Source: Piromyces finnis finn (lineage: Eukaryota; Fungi; Neocallimastigomycota). From it: a stretch of 64,000 nucleotides of DNA. The notes beneath the pieces are model-generated. The model saw only the letters and a list, made by a program, of their open reading frames with translations, did not search any database and was not told where the DNA came from. Made by a program: the position numbers and the translations under genes. The stretch covers positions 248,001-312,000 of the forward strand of contig MCFH01000025.1 of the NCBI GenBank assembly GCA_002104945.1. The letters are read 5' to 3'. Of this stretch, positions 46,673 through 61,259 are shown piece after piece (positions within the stretch are counted from its first letter, which is position 1; the number at the start of each line of letters is the position of its first letter).

Positions 46673-49600
46673 ATGAATTCAAGAAAAATAACAATAGGTT
46701 TAAATATGAATTCTATATCAAAGGTTTATTTCAATAAATATTAATATTGATAATGTATAAAAATATAAAAAAGAAACCTTATTCTTACTTATATTTTACA
46801 TTATTTTAAAGAAAAATGATATAGAAAAAGAAAGTCTTTATTATGATAAAGATGGATATTTAAAATCTAGTTCACAAGGTAAAAATTATATTCATTTTTT
46901 CTTTTCAATTTAGTAATATTTATTATGTAAAATAAAGACGTATTATTACATATACATATATACTTTAAAAAATGGAAAAAAAATAAAAAAAAAAAGTAAA
47001 AAAAATGAATCAAAAATTTAAATAATAAAATAAAAAAAATTATAATAGATATTAATATTGAAAAAACTGAAAATATTACAGAATATACTGAAGATGCCTA
47101 CGACGACGACTTTGAAGTAAGAAAATTAAAATTATTTTAAGTTTTTATATATTTTATTTTACTTTTATTTATGGAATAGTAAATACTTATACTATATAAA
47201 ATTATACCCACATTTTATAGGAAATTGATGCTGATGAAATGAATCAAGTATGAACTTATCAATATATATTATATATAATATAATAAAAAGTAGAAAAAAA
47301 AAGAAAGAAATATAACTTTATTAAAACAAAAATAATATATATGATTATTATTTATATATTCAATTTAATTTATTAAGCTTGTTCAAGCTATGAATGAAGA
47401 AAACGAAAAATTGTTTTATGATAAAAATGAAGAAGAAGAAGAAGAAGAAGAAGAGGGAGAAGATGGAAAAAGTGCACATTCCATTCATATGATATTACCA
47501 TTTAAAGGTAATAATTATGATGTATAATAATAAGAATATGATTTAATAAATGCTTTTTATTTTATTAAAAATACTACTATTCATTCTTTTTTTTGTATTA
47601 CATTGGCATGTTAATAATAATAATAATAATAAATATATTTATGGGAATTGGCATTTATTAGAAACAGAAAATACTACAAATGAAGAAAAATTACCAGATC
47701 AAATAGTAATTGATTTTAATACTTCCCGAAGAAAACATTTACAAAATAATAAAATGAATAAATTACTAAAACGTCAAAAAGTAAATCTTTAATAGTTTTG
47801 CTTTATTAATAAACAAAGTTTTAACATATATTTAAAATAACTATACCTTTTCAAATATATATATTAAATTTTTCAAAATATTTCATTTCATTTTATTATT
47901 AATACTTCTTTTTTTTTCATTATATAAAAAAATATAGGATTTAAGTAATTTTATTGATTTTGATATTGTAGATTATGTTATTTTTGATCATCCTCCAATG
48001 ACAGAATATGAACTTTATATTAGAAATTTTGGAAATTCAAATACAGTGCAGGTTAATAAAAAAAAACATATTAATATTTATTTATATTATATCCTGTTTT
48101 TTTTTAAAAAAAAAAAAAAATAAAATATGATAAAAAAATATTAATTTTTTTTCATATAGGTTGCTGTTCAATCAAATGAAGAATTAACTTCAAGAGAACA
48201 ACAAACAGAAGATTGGAATATTCAAGATAAATATGTTCAAGCAACTTCTCAATATTTAACAGATTGTGGTACAGGTGAACCTAATTTACCATGGCTTAAA
48301 AAAGATGTCGATTACTTTACTTCATCGAAATTATCAAAAGAGAATCAACTAAAATCTGTGAATATGAAAACATTAAAATCCTTTTTGAAGAGAACATCAA
48401 ATGTAAGATATATCTATAAAAAATAGTTTTTTTACGAAATATAAATTTATAAATACCTTTTTTTCAAATAAGAATTGGAAGTTTATATTAAAAATTTAAT
48501 TAAAGAAAAAAGGAGAATAATTGATTAATCCATTATTAAAATGTATCAAAACAATTTATCCATCGTTTTTTTATAAAAAAAATTTAATAAATAATAAAAT
48601 AATAAAATATTAGTTGATGGAAAAAATATTAGAATCAGATGCTAAATCATATATCGAAAATAAAGAGGGATTTACTACGTCAAATAATACTTTATTTGCT
48701 GAAGGATATATTGCATTAAAAAAACTAAAAATTGTTGAGGGAAGAAAGCCACTTCATATTGATTATTCACCTAATTCTTCAAAAATATTATTTATTCACT
48801 GGTCAAGCGTAGAAGATAATAATATAAAGCTGGACGCTAACATAGCAAAGTTTAAAACAAATGATATGATAACTATATTTAACTATAATAATGATTTATT
48901 ACCCATAAAGTAAAAAAAAAATTATACTTTATAAAAAAAAATATAAATATATATCTTAAACAATTTTTTTATATTAAATAATTATATATGTATCTATATT
49001 CTTTTTATTAATAATTTGTATAAATATTAGAATATTATTATGCGAATGTCAATTAACTTGTTGTAAATATTGTGGGACATCAGAACAATATATTATTGCT
49101 GGAAATACTAATGGAAATCTTTGTTTATGGGATTTAGATAGTTATGATAAACAAATCGTTCAAAAAGAAGAAAATATCACACGTAGTTATTATATATATT
49201 TCCCTTGTTATTCTACCATTGGATCCTTTAATGAAAAAATTAGCCATGAAAATCCAATTCAAAATATTATCATATTGAACGAAGTAAGTGACGTTGATGA
49301 CAATTATTTTAGTAAAGGAAATAATTATGGAAGTTCTGAGGAAATTAATGAAACTACAGAAATTGTTGAAAATAATGGACAATCTTTCCAAATTATGTCC
49401 ATAGATCAATCAGGTTTAGCTAAAATATGGGTAAAAATGCCGAGTTTAGTTTTAAATTAATTTAAAAGTTTTATTATAAAAAAAAAAAAAATCTTTTTAA
49501 AAATTAAATAACCATTTTTATTATTAATATTGATATATATATTTTTATTTAATAATAAATATGATACATTCTTAAAGACTGCTATAAAAATAACGGAAGA

Positions 49601-50605
49601 TTCAAGTATTAATTTATTTGAATATGATTTTGGTTTAAATTATAATAGTAAGATACGATTAATATCTGGTAATTCAATTAAAATAGGAAAAAAACAGTGG
49701 TAATTATTTTTTCAATCCTTTAATATCTATAAGTTTATAAAATTGTTTACCATTGAATTCTTAATTTTTATATGAATATATATAGTACACAAAAATAAAA
49801 TTACTAACAATAATGATATATAAATCAATAATAATATTATTATTATTTTAGGGATAATGATAATCTATCGGTGAACAATTCTTGTTTGTTATCTAATGGT
49901 CGTATTATTATCAGTACAAATTTTGGTGAGATTTATCAAGAATCTAGATTTGGTGAAGCCTGTTACCCTAAACAATATACCATAAATGAAAGTTTCACCT
50001 ATCAATTAGATCTTGATGATACCATTATCACTAAAGAAGAAGAAGAAGAATCAAGAAAATCTCTTTCTAATTATCATAAATTATCTAGTACTCATTGTCA
50101 TTCTTGTCTACTAAAAATCACTGCATTTTGTTGTTCACCATTCAATCCAGATCTCTTTTTAGTTGGTTATGATAATTCTATAGTAGCCCTCTACTCCTCT
50201 CTTTATTCTAATTCTCTCTATGAATGGAAGGTGAATAATTCTTCTTTAAAAAAGACAGATGATATATGTCAAATATGTTGGTCTATGGATCGACCTTTTG
50301 TATTCTTTATTCTTTGTAAATCCAATATACTTTATATCTTTGATTTATTAGAATCGGAAATTGATCCTTTATACACCTGTCTATTGACTTGTGAAACAAC
50401 AGCAAAGGAGGAATCCTCTAAATTATCCATTACAAGTATAGCTGTATCAAAATCAGAAAGTAAAGAATACACATGTTCTATTCTTACAGTAGGTTGGTCT
50501 AATGGAAGTATCATTCTCTACAAATTAAGAGAGGATCTCACAGAAATGGTGATAGACGAAGAAGAAAAATTTAATGAACAGTTTAAAAATATTGAATCTA
50601 TATAA
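46673..50605 (+). CDS. WDR60: Cytoplasmic dynein-2 intermediate chain (WDR60/DYNC2I1/FAP163 homolog), multi-exon
   Basis: Spliced exons give YDDDFE, FDHPPMTEYELYIRNFGNSNTVQVAVQ, IIAGNTNGNLCLWDL, FQIMSIDQSGLAKIW, DFGLNYNSKIRL, FLVGYDNSIVALY and WSMDRPFVFF, matching WDR60-type motifs. Start codon is tentative. Confidence 0.75.
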
Positions 50606-50814
50606 TTTTAATTAAAAATAAATAAATAAATAAAAATAAATAACAAATTAAATGGGAAAATAATAAAAAAAAAAAAAAAAAAAAAAAATAGAAATTATGT
50701 TTATATGTATATATGTATGAATGTGTTTATTGCTTATTTATATGAAAAATTATTATATAATCTTCTTTTTTTTTTTTTTTTTTTGTTTAATAAATATTTA
50801 AATATTAATAGAGA

Positions 50815-50847
<33 letters not shown>

Positions 50848-51018
50848 GAGTAGCATATATATAAATTTAATTAAAATATGTAAAATAAAATTTCTATATT
50901 ATATTACCACTATTTCTAAACTAAAATTTTAAATACTAAAAAAAAAAAGAAAAAGAAAGTTTTTAAATATATAAAATATTTATATTTAATATTTAAAAAA
51001 AAAAAAATCAATTTAATA

Positions 51019-53150
51019 TTATATTCTTGGTTTTTTGACATTGGATTTTTTTATAGCAATTAAAACCATATTTCTTGGACTAGTAATTTGATCAAATAAT
51101 GGGAAAAGATGAGTTTCAATACTTAAATCTTTAGTAGATTCTTGTAGTATATCGGATTGTTCCTCAAAAAAGAGCCAACGATCAGTTAAAATCAAACTTT
51201 CAATGGCATTAGAAATAAGTGTACGAAGTGCCCATGCTGCTATTATTTCACCTTCTCTTTTCTTATACCTTTCCAAGTATGCTTCAAAATCAATGGTTCT
51301 TATTTTTTCTTCACTTACTGAAAGGCGCTTAAGGGCTTCGGTAGCATAACTCTTAAATGATTTCATATGTTGTTTCCTTATTCTTCCTATAACAATATGA
51401 CTTAATTCATTTTCTGATAAAAGTTTATTTTCATAAATAATAACTTGAAGAATAGCTCGATAAAAATGTTTTTTAAATGTTTCACTAATATTAGGTTGAG
51501 TAATCCATTTTGGTGTAACTTGACATGCAATCATTTTAGCTGCAGGACCAAGCTGGAAACCACAACTATTAGAAAACTCACTTAATGGAAAACCTTTTTC
51601 GTTATCTTCTAAATAATAATAATTACAATATAAATATTATATAATTAAAAAAGAATTATATATACGTTATTTTTTTACATTTATTATATTATACGATTTA
51701 TTATTTATTATCAGTTTATTGAATTTAAAAATTAATAATTCAATTTTTAAAATAAAAGAAAAAAAATAAAAATAAAATAAAATATTTACCACGATCTTCT
51801 TCTGTTAATAAATTATAACAACAACCAATACCAACAAAGGCACTTGATGTTCCTTTAAGGAATAATTTTATCATTGAAGGTGTTAAATCGCCACATGCAT
51901 CTTCATATGTATATATATAATTAAAAAAGTATTAAAATATTAATTACTACTGCCTGTTAATGATTTAAATAAATATATAAAAGAAAATTAAAAAAAATTC
52001 TTACGTAAACCACAAGTTAACCAAGATTCATTTGGATCAATAATTTCTTCATGTTTAGTGATTTCTTCAATTAAAGAAGCAAAGGTATCATTTTCTGTAA
52101 CTAATCGATTACACATATATAATTTTCCTATTTTTTTTTCTGATTCGATATTGGCTTCCTCCTCTTTATTGTTTTCGTTACACTCTGTTTCTTTATTTTT
52201 TTTACTATTATCAAAGGCTAAGGCTCTCTTAATATATTCATTACGAGTAGAAGCGCCGCATATTTGAATATCATTACAATCAACACCTAATACTCTTAAA
52301 TTATGTTGATAGGCCAAAACAGATGAAAGATAGGCCTGACCTGCACCGATATCTAATATATTATTTATGTTGTTTGATTTAGCAACATTATGAATTAAGG
52401 AAGCTAAAATTTTAACCTATACATATATGAAAAAGTACAAAAAAAAAAAAAAAAGGGGAATTAATATACTAAAAATAGATATTGAAAATTTATATTTTTT
52501 CTATCTATGAACAGTTGTTTAGCTAATTACTTCATAAACTTTCTTTGGATTCATTCCAATTAATATATTTTTATTAATTTCTTCTTGTGTTATATGACTT
52601 TCTAAATTTATTAATTTTGGGTTTCGAATAAGTGAAATTTCTTTTGTTAATTTTATATAATTTTTTATAGATTCTGGCCATTCGTCCTTTTTTTTTATTA
52701 TTTGTGTATATACATAGATATAATTTTGAAAAGAATATACAAATTTTATTATAAATAATAATAAAAAAGCGGTGAAATATAAAATATATATATGTAAAAA
52801 AAGTTAATTTTTAAATTGTTTTGATAATTTTGTATATTTTTCAATATCATTATATACATTAAAATTTTATAATATAAATAACCATTATTTACTTTGACTT
52901 CATGTAAACTTGTCATTTTTAAAATTTCTTCAAGTGAACAATCTTTTAGGAATTGCCATTCATTTGGGAAAATACTATTATCATACCAACAATCATTTAA
53001 AAAGAAATCAACGACATGCCAATTCCAAACATTTTTATATTTATTAATGAAAGAATATAAGTCTTTTATATAATCATGAACAACAGATATTAAAGAGTAG
53101 TCTTTATTTACTCTACTTTTATAACTTTTAGGTATTGATATAGTTGACAT
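51019..53150 (-). CDS. METTL25/RRNAD1-family (Methyltransf_32-like) methyltransferase, multi-exon
   Basis: WHVVDFF, GMNPKKVYEV, ILDIGAGQAYLSSVL, GLHACGDL, GIGCCYNLL, FYRAILQVII and SPRNMVLIA motifs across GT-AG-bounded exons. Confidence 0.8.
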
Positions 53151-53271
53151 TTAATATTTAAATTATTTTTCTAATAATCAAAAAATGAATTTCAAATTTG
53201 AAATTTGATTTATTATATAAAAAAAAATTAACCTTTAAGTTCAAAACTATTTTTTATTTTTTATTCAATCA

Positions 53272-53483
<212 letters not shown>

Positions 53484-53667
53484 TAAAAACAGTTTTTATT
53501 GCTGTTTTTTTTTTTTATTTTTTTTTTCTATTATTATTGTTGTTGTTGTTGTTTCAATGGATATTTCATTTTATTTTTTCAAATTAAAATTAATAAACCA
53601 TCATAGCTTTGTAAAAACTTATATTTAAAGAATACGAAATAACTGAATATAGGACGATGGATATAAA

Positions 53668-55901
53668 TCATTTTTTACAAAAACAATTTGAAAATGGTGT
53701 AAAGAATACTTGTTTTAGTTTTGGTTCATAGTGAACAATACCAGTTTCTACAAACTTATTGAAACATACTTCTTGTTTACTCCATTCAGTAACAATTATT
53801 TTGTTTTTCGTTGGTATATTTATTTTTTCTTCTTTGGTTTTTGATTCAATACTTGTTTCTAATACATTGGTAGTAGTATCGACAACTTCTTCCCCAGAAT
53901 TAGTTATTTCATTATTTGAATTTAACGATTGCTCGGATATATTGATTTCTTCTTCATTTGATTTAATTGATTGTTCCTCTTTAGTTATACAATTTTGGTT
54001 TTTAATAGATATACCATCTATATCATTCGATATATCTAAAACAGCAAATCGAACTCGTGGTTCAACTTGTTCTTCTTCTTCGTTTTGACCTTGTACAAAC
54101 ATAATTATATATAATAATTCCGGTGTCAATATCTATATTAAAATTATATGTATATAGTGCATGAAAAAAAAAATATTATATCATTAGTTTCAGTTAAAAG
54201 AATATCCTACATTAGAAATTTTGATTTTTTTTTTTTTTTTTTTTTTTTGTTGTTGTTGTTGTTATTATTGGTTATAAATAAATAAGTAATCAAGTATTTA
54301 AAATTCTCATAAAATTTAAAAATAAATATTTGAAATATATTACAATATGAATCATTTACTTACAATATCGTAAAGATTGAACGATTCAAAAATATCTGAA
54401 GAAATTTTACGATGTTGATCCATTTGATCATCATTAATCGAAAATATTTCAATTTCTTTTTTTCCAATTGCTAAAATAGTACCATCGGCATGAATAGATG
54501 CCCATAATAAAACGTCATCTTCTAAATCATAAAAAAAATTACGAATTTCTTGTCCCTGTAAATCATCATCATACATAAAAACTGAAATTATACCATCATC
54601 AGCAGTACTACTCAAAATATAATATCTATTTACTAATTCACCTGTTTTCTCATTATATACTTGATAGGCACAATTATGAACAACAACAGGATTAAAAGTA
54701 ATGGGTATTTGTATATTTTTAATTTTCACATCATAAAATTTATCTTCTGTGATATCTTCAGAATTTATTGCTTTTGATAACAAGTTTAAATCCCACACAA
54801 TTATTTTAAAATCACCTTGATGTTCAGTATCTTCATTTTCTTCATCAGCCTCTTCTTGATGTATTAATTCAAAAAAAGAAAGAGTAATCAAATTATCCAG
54901 TATACAACTATTGATAATAAATAATTCACCATTTTCATGTTCAGGTTCATTTATTAAATTAATATGCCATTGATTATGTTTTCTTATTCGTGAAAAAATA
55001 GTTATTCTATAGTCTACATTTATACAAACAATTAAATTATCAATAATATCAACCATAATGATATTGCTTCCAACTGGAAATTCTCTAATTTCTTCTGGAT
55101 TATTAAATTCAAGATATTTTAAGGAAAGATTTTCCTTATCAAACCATACCATACAATCTTGTTTAACACATGCTGGTTCGGTTCTTTAAAAAAAAATATA
55201 TAATAATAATGATAATAATGTGATAAAAAAAATAAATGCATTAATTAATTAATTAATTATCAATTTCAAAATTATTAATTTTATATAAAATATAAATGTA
55301 TAAAATGTAAATTTTATTTAATATTAAATAATAAATTAACTTTTTTTTTTTAGAAATATATATATATATTTGTTATTATTCTTTCCACTTACTCATCTAG
55401 ATTACGAATGTTATTTAAATTACATATAAGGAAACTCTCTTTATTATAAAAATTTGAAACTAATTGGTTTTTATTAGCCATTTTATATTTACATAAATTT
55501 TTATAGGTATGATTTGGCATTTGTTTTCTTAATTTATTTAAGGAATTGCTTTTTAGAAAATTTCTCTCATAGTATTGCTTCCAAAAATACTCTTGATTTC
55601 AAAATATTATATATTATTAATTATTATGTTAATAAGACAAAATGAATGGAAAAATTTATAAAATATATAAATGAAGAACAAATGAAAATACATATATACA
55701 TAATAATGATTTTTTAGAATTAAATTTTATTAATTTGTAATTTCCATTTAATTGTTCTTTTTTTTTTTTTTTTTAATATATACCTTTACTTAATATATCA
55801 TTCCATTTTTTAGATACTGTTAAAGAATTATAGAGAATACTTTTGTCTGAATTTAGAAACAATTGGGTTAAAATTTCGTGTGTATTTAACGAACCACTCA
55901 T
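53668..55901 (-). CDS. F-box protein with divergent beta-propeller-like C-terminal region, multi-exon
   Basis: Exon 1 from ATG 55901: MSGSLNTHEILTQLFLNSDKSILYNSLTVSKKWNDILSK, spliced to EYFWKQYYERNF (F-box pattern); downstream exons have beta-strand-rich WD-like segments (DFKIIVWDL, ILSSTADDGIISVF). Confidence 0.7.
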
Positions 55902-57523
55902 TTTTTAAAAGTATTGTTTATATTATAAATTTTTTGCTTCTAGTATAGAATTTATATGATTTAATATTGATATGTTACTTTTATTTTCTTTTTTTTTTAT
56001 CTATTAATTGAATTGAATAACTTTAAGATATTTTCTTTTCTTTTTTTTATTTTTTTAATATTATTTTATATTATATTTATAAGAAAAACTTTTTTAACAT
56101 TTCGAAAATATATCTATCTAAATTTATTTTTACTCATTAATTTTAAAATGTTTTACAACTAACCCTTTATTTATAATACTTTATAATAAAAAAAAATTTA
56201 ATAATAAATACTACTTTCCTAAACCATAAAAGAGAAGTTTAATATTTTTTTTTATTATTATATATTTATTCTATTATAGTACCTATAATATATATAATAT
56301 TAAATAAAATATACATTCATATTCAATGCAGTATTTGATAGTATAATATTTAATATTGTGTTATGTTGAACTTTATTGTTTTATACTATACTTTCGATAT
56401 TTCTTTAATTATTTATGAATTTATTTAATTATATTTACTTTTTAAAATAATTATTTAAATTTAGTATTATGTATGAATTGCTTATTTTATATATGCATAT
56501 ATTAATATTATTAATAATAGGATATCTACTTAAGAATAGCATAATATAGTACTTAATTATTAATAAATAATTAAAATATAAACTTATTCTTATAACAATA
56601 CTTACTCCTCCTAATAATAAGAATGTTAAAAAAATAATAGTTATTTAGAAAATATTAAAAATCTTTTATTTATTTAGATATATATAATAATATTATATAC
56701 TAATAAAAGAAACATTCAAAAGAAACTTCAAATATTAATTAGAATATTCATATAATTTTACTTTTCTTCAAAAGCGACATAATTTAGAATTATTATATTA
56801 TCTTTTGCTATTTCTTTTTTTAAGTATAAGACCATTATCATCATTATTAGTACATTCTTTAAAAATTTAAAAAATTTAAATAAAATCTATTATTTTTTGT
56901 TTAAATAAAAAGATTTTTTTCATTATCTCTAAGTCTGTCATTCAACAACTTTTGAGGAAATATTCCTGTAATTATTGATACTCACTATAAAATATATTAT
57001 GATGAATTTTAATACAGTAAAATTATTATAATAATTAAAAGTAAATATTTATTTTCATCTTTCATTTCTTTATAATTATCTTTTATAAAAAAAATTCAAC
57101 CAATAAATATTTAATAAAAAAATAGAAAAATAGAAAAATCGATTAAAATAGAAATTATAATTTTCCACTAATTAAAAAAAAAAAATTGGTTTTAAACTAA
57201 ATCACTTACAATTTTATTTTCAACACGAATATATCTTGTTTACATTTATTATACATCATTTTATTTTATTTTTATATTTTATATTCTACTTATATTTATT
57301 TACAATAGATAATAAAAATATTAAAATTAAGAAACATTTTTTTTTATTATCGTTGCAGTTTGTTTAAAAAAAAGTAAGGTAAATATAATTAACTTTAAAT
57401 ATCAGAAAAATACATATAAAAAATTTTATTATACTTAAAAAAAAAAAAAACTATATAACAAATTCTATTACATTTTAATAAAAATTAAAAATAAATAAAA
57501 AGAAAAAAACTTTCAAATCCTTC

Positions 57524-59071
57524 TTATTTTTTTAAATTATCTAATACTTTATATAATCTATCTAGAGATAAATTGAGTTCACTTTGTTCAACAGCAAAAC
57601 AAATTCGGAACCAATTTCTTTCAGATTCTGTATCTGCACTAAAGAAAGCTTGACTTGGTGAAATATAAACACCCCCTTCTAATAATTTCATCCATAAATC
57701 GAATTCATTAAGTTTGCCAGCTTTATGAAGGTCAATATAAATAAAGAAGCCAGCATTTCCCTTAACATATGGGATATTGTGAGCCTTTAATGAATTAGTT
57801 AAATGAATATAGTTTTTAAATAATTTACGATTATTATTAATAATGAAATTATCCGTCCATTTATGATCCGATAACATATGAACCAAAATATTATCAATAT
57901 TTGTTGGAATACATGTTAAGAAACTAATTTTTTGAATTGCATCTATAACAACTTTAGAATAGGAAATAGTAACACCAATTCTTAATCCATTTAAGCAGAA
58001 ATCTTTAGAAAATCCCCATAATGTATGGGTATTTACTGGATCCGGAAGATCTAAAGAAAAGATAGGAGTATACCTAGAGAGTTTGCCATCAATAGAAGTT
58101 TTAATTCTAGTAGCATCTTTATAAGCTCTACATCGATCACAATGGCAATAATAATCTTCAATAGTTTTACCTTTTTCAATATTATTTTCTGTAATTTCTT
58201 TCCAAGTGGATAATCCATAAATTTCATCACAAATGACAATTAATCCATGAGATTTAGCGAAATTACAGAAAAGAAGAAGTTGTTCAGCACTGTAGCATCG
58301 TCCAAATGGATTGTTTGGATTAGCAATGATAATACCTTTAACTGGTCTAGTAGATTCCTTTAATGCTTTTTCTAAGGCCGTTTCATCAACTTTTAAACAA
58401 TCATCTTCAGAATGTGGAACTGAAATATTGTAAACTCTAGACCCATAGTTAATATCTGCATGAAAACCACCATAGTATGGACCTGGAACTAAAACAGCAT
58501 CACCATCATCAAATAATACTTGACCATATAAATTAAGGAGTGGACCACATCCATTACCAACACAAATATTTTCTTTACTTAACAAAATCTTTGGATTGAA
58601 ATGTCGATTAAGTAGCAAAGCAACTTCTTCTCTTAATCTATCTGATCCTGGGTTTGGACCATATAATAATTGTTCAGCGGTGACTGTTGAGGCTTCATTT
58701 ATTCTACCTAATAATTCAACATTATTTAATTTGTTTTCAGCAGTTCCAAGATTAATAATACCATTTGGATTTGTTTTTGGGTGATACTTATTATTACGGA
58801 CAATAGTCATACCTTTGCTTAAAAAGAATTCATCCTTTTGAATCTCTAAAGCTCTTTTCGATAATCTTGAACCATCAGTTAAATTGGTTTTCTTGAATGT
58901 TTTGTCATTAGGAATAACCTTGCAAGGTTTTTCTAAATTTTTAATACTGATGTTATTACTTAACTTTAACTTTTTTGGATTTGGAATAACATCAATGGCA
59001 TTTTCATGAACAGTATAAAAATCTCTCTTCTTAGAAGAGATGCTCTTTGGTTCTACAACTTTAATTGTCAT
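57524..59071 (-). CDS. PLP-dependent class I/II aminotransferase, ACC-synthase-like (ACCS family), intronless
   Basis: GIINLGTAEN, GSDRLR, PGPYYGGF, NPNNPFG, DEIYG, WGFSKDF (PLP lysine), GLRIG, AGFFIYIDL, WFRICFA. ATG at 59071 (the ORF track begins at an upstream TTG). Confidence 0.9.
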   Translation of the reverse strand: MTIKVVEPKSISSKKRDFYTVHENAIDVIPNPKKLKLSNNISIKNLEKPCKVIPNDKTFKKTNLTDGSRLSKRALEIQKDEFFLSKGMTIVRNNKYHPKTNPNGIINLGTAENKLNNVELLGRINEASTVTAEQLLYGPNPGSDRLREEVALLLNRHFNPKILLSKENICVGNGCGPLLNLYGQVLFDDGDAVLVPGPYYGGFHADINYGSRVYNISVPHSEDDCLKVDETALEKALKESTRPVKGIIIANPNNPFGRCYSAEQLLLFCNFAKSHGLIVICDEIYGLSTWKEITENNIEKGKTIEDYYCHCDRCRAYKDATRIKTSIDGKLSRYTPIFSLDLPDPVNTHTLWGFSKDFCLNGLRIGVTISYSKVVIDAIQKISFLTCIPTNIDNILVHMLSDHKWTDNFIINNNRKLFKNYIHLTNSLKAHNIPYVKGNAGFFIYIDLHKAGKLNEFDLWMKLLEGGVYISPSQAFFSADTESERNWFRICFAVEQSELNLSLDRLYKVLDNLKK

Positions 59072-61259
59072 CTTCGTTTTCAAAATACAACTCTTTTAAT
59101 AAATTTAAAATAATATACTTTTAGAATGTTTTAAATTAAAAATTATTTAATTGTGATAGAATGTTTAAGATAATCGTTATGATTTATTTTTTCAAAATAA
59201 ACTTTTAATAAATAGAAAAAGTTTTTGTTGACGTTGTTTAACATTTATTTTAAATTATAATTATTTCAAAAATGAAATGAATAAAGATAATGAAGAAAAA
59301 AAAAAAAAGAGTTCAAATACTTCCCTTTTATAATAAAATTTCATCTTTTTGATAAAATCAACTTTCCTTTATGATCAAAATCAAATTAGTCTTTAATAAT
59401 TAAAGACTATTATAACTAAAAGATTTCATTAATATTACATCTTTAAATGATAATTATAAAAAGTATAAATAAAAAAAATTTACAGTTATACGAATTATTA
59501 ATGAATGAATATATATGAAATAAATAAATATCAATAATAATTCTTAATGAATATATTAAATTTTTAAATAAATTTGATAATAAAATATTTTATGTCTTGT
59601 GACACTTTATCAAAAAGTGTTTATCAATAAAATAAATTTATATTATAATATATTAAATTTATATTATATTATATTAAATATATTTATTTATTTAAATATT
59701 CATTTATTTATTTATTAAAATCAATAATTTTTCTGTATAATTTTCTGTATAAATATTTATCATATATTATATTATATTGTAATATATTGATAAAATATTT
59801 TTAAATCAAGTAAAATCTATAATTAAATGTCAAAATTAAAATTTAAATCATAATCAAAACTTTACTTTTGTTCATTTATTTTTATGTGGATAGATATATA
59901 AAATACAATGTATTTAATTTTTTATTAGAATTGAATGTTTAATTTCTCAAACTATAAGTGATAAATTAAAAATGCCTAATGTAGTTAATAGTATTGTTAA
60001 TACATATACATATCCAATTTTAAATTATCTATTATGTGATAATTTGTTAACCACCAGCTGAGAATAAACATTTTCTTTAGAAATCCATTTAAGCACGGTG
60101 CTATGAACATAGAAAGTGAAATTTCATTTATTTCTATTAAAAGTTCATTATTCGAAAAGCGATTATACGCAAAACAAAATCAAAAAATGAGAATTAATTC
60201 AGATACTAAAAAGTTTAAGCAAAGAAGAATTATTAAGTATATATATATTTAATAATATTTTATAATTTACTCTATTTTTCTTTATATTTTATATATAATA
60301 TAAAAAAATAGAACAAAATATAAAGATAGACAAAAATCGAGAAAAAAAATAAAAAAAAATAATATTTTTATTGTATTATTAAAAGTATTTTTTAACTTTT
60401 TAAATGCATTAATGTTTTTTAATAAATATTAAGTATGGTATTGAGTCTTAAAATTTATATAATTTATTTAATAATAAATTCAATATTTTATTGTAAGTGT
60501 AGATAAATTTATTTTTAGAAACTAGTAATATTTTTTAATAGAGTTTTCATATTCAATTTATATATTTCTTTTATTATATATAAATATTTATTTTTTATTT
60601 ATACTTGATGTAGAAATAGGATTTGCTATTAAAAAAAAAAGGTATTTTTTATTCAGTATTCGATATATTCAATATGTATTGAATTTAAAATATAGCTATA
60701 ATATTTTTATTAAAGGTAGAAATAAATATTCAATATTATTAATATTTTTATATTATATATATATATATAATATAAAAATAGTTATCTTTTATAAATATAA
60801 ATGTATATATATATTTATAAAAGATAACTTTAGTGATAATTAAACAAATCTTAAAATATGAATATTATAGGTGTATTACCTAAAAAGGGGGTTAACTTGT
60901 ATTTATTTCTAAAATATATATTAATAAAATTGTGTGAAAAAGCAAATAGTATTATACCCTATTTTATCTATATTGTTTATAATAAAAACTTTGTTCTTAG
61001 TGTATTCAAAGCAATTCGTTTTACGGTGTAAATAGTATTTACGATGTTCTTGAAATATATATCTATTAAAATAATTTTTTGACTTTTTTAAGAAAAGTAG
61101 ATATTATTCGAACAACTTTATTAAAAAAAAGGAGAAATCGATAGTTATATTAATCTACTTTTTTATAATAAAGCTTTACTTATATTATCTAAAGATAAAA
61201 GTAAGAAAAATATTAGTCATAGACTTCATTTTCTACTATCAACAAAAACATATAAAAAT

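Noticed and set aside
60080-60115. AGCACGGTGCT palindrome as a Helitron 3' hairpin
   Set aside because: Stem too short and no CTRR terminus at the expected distance.
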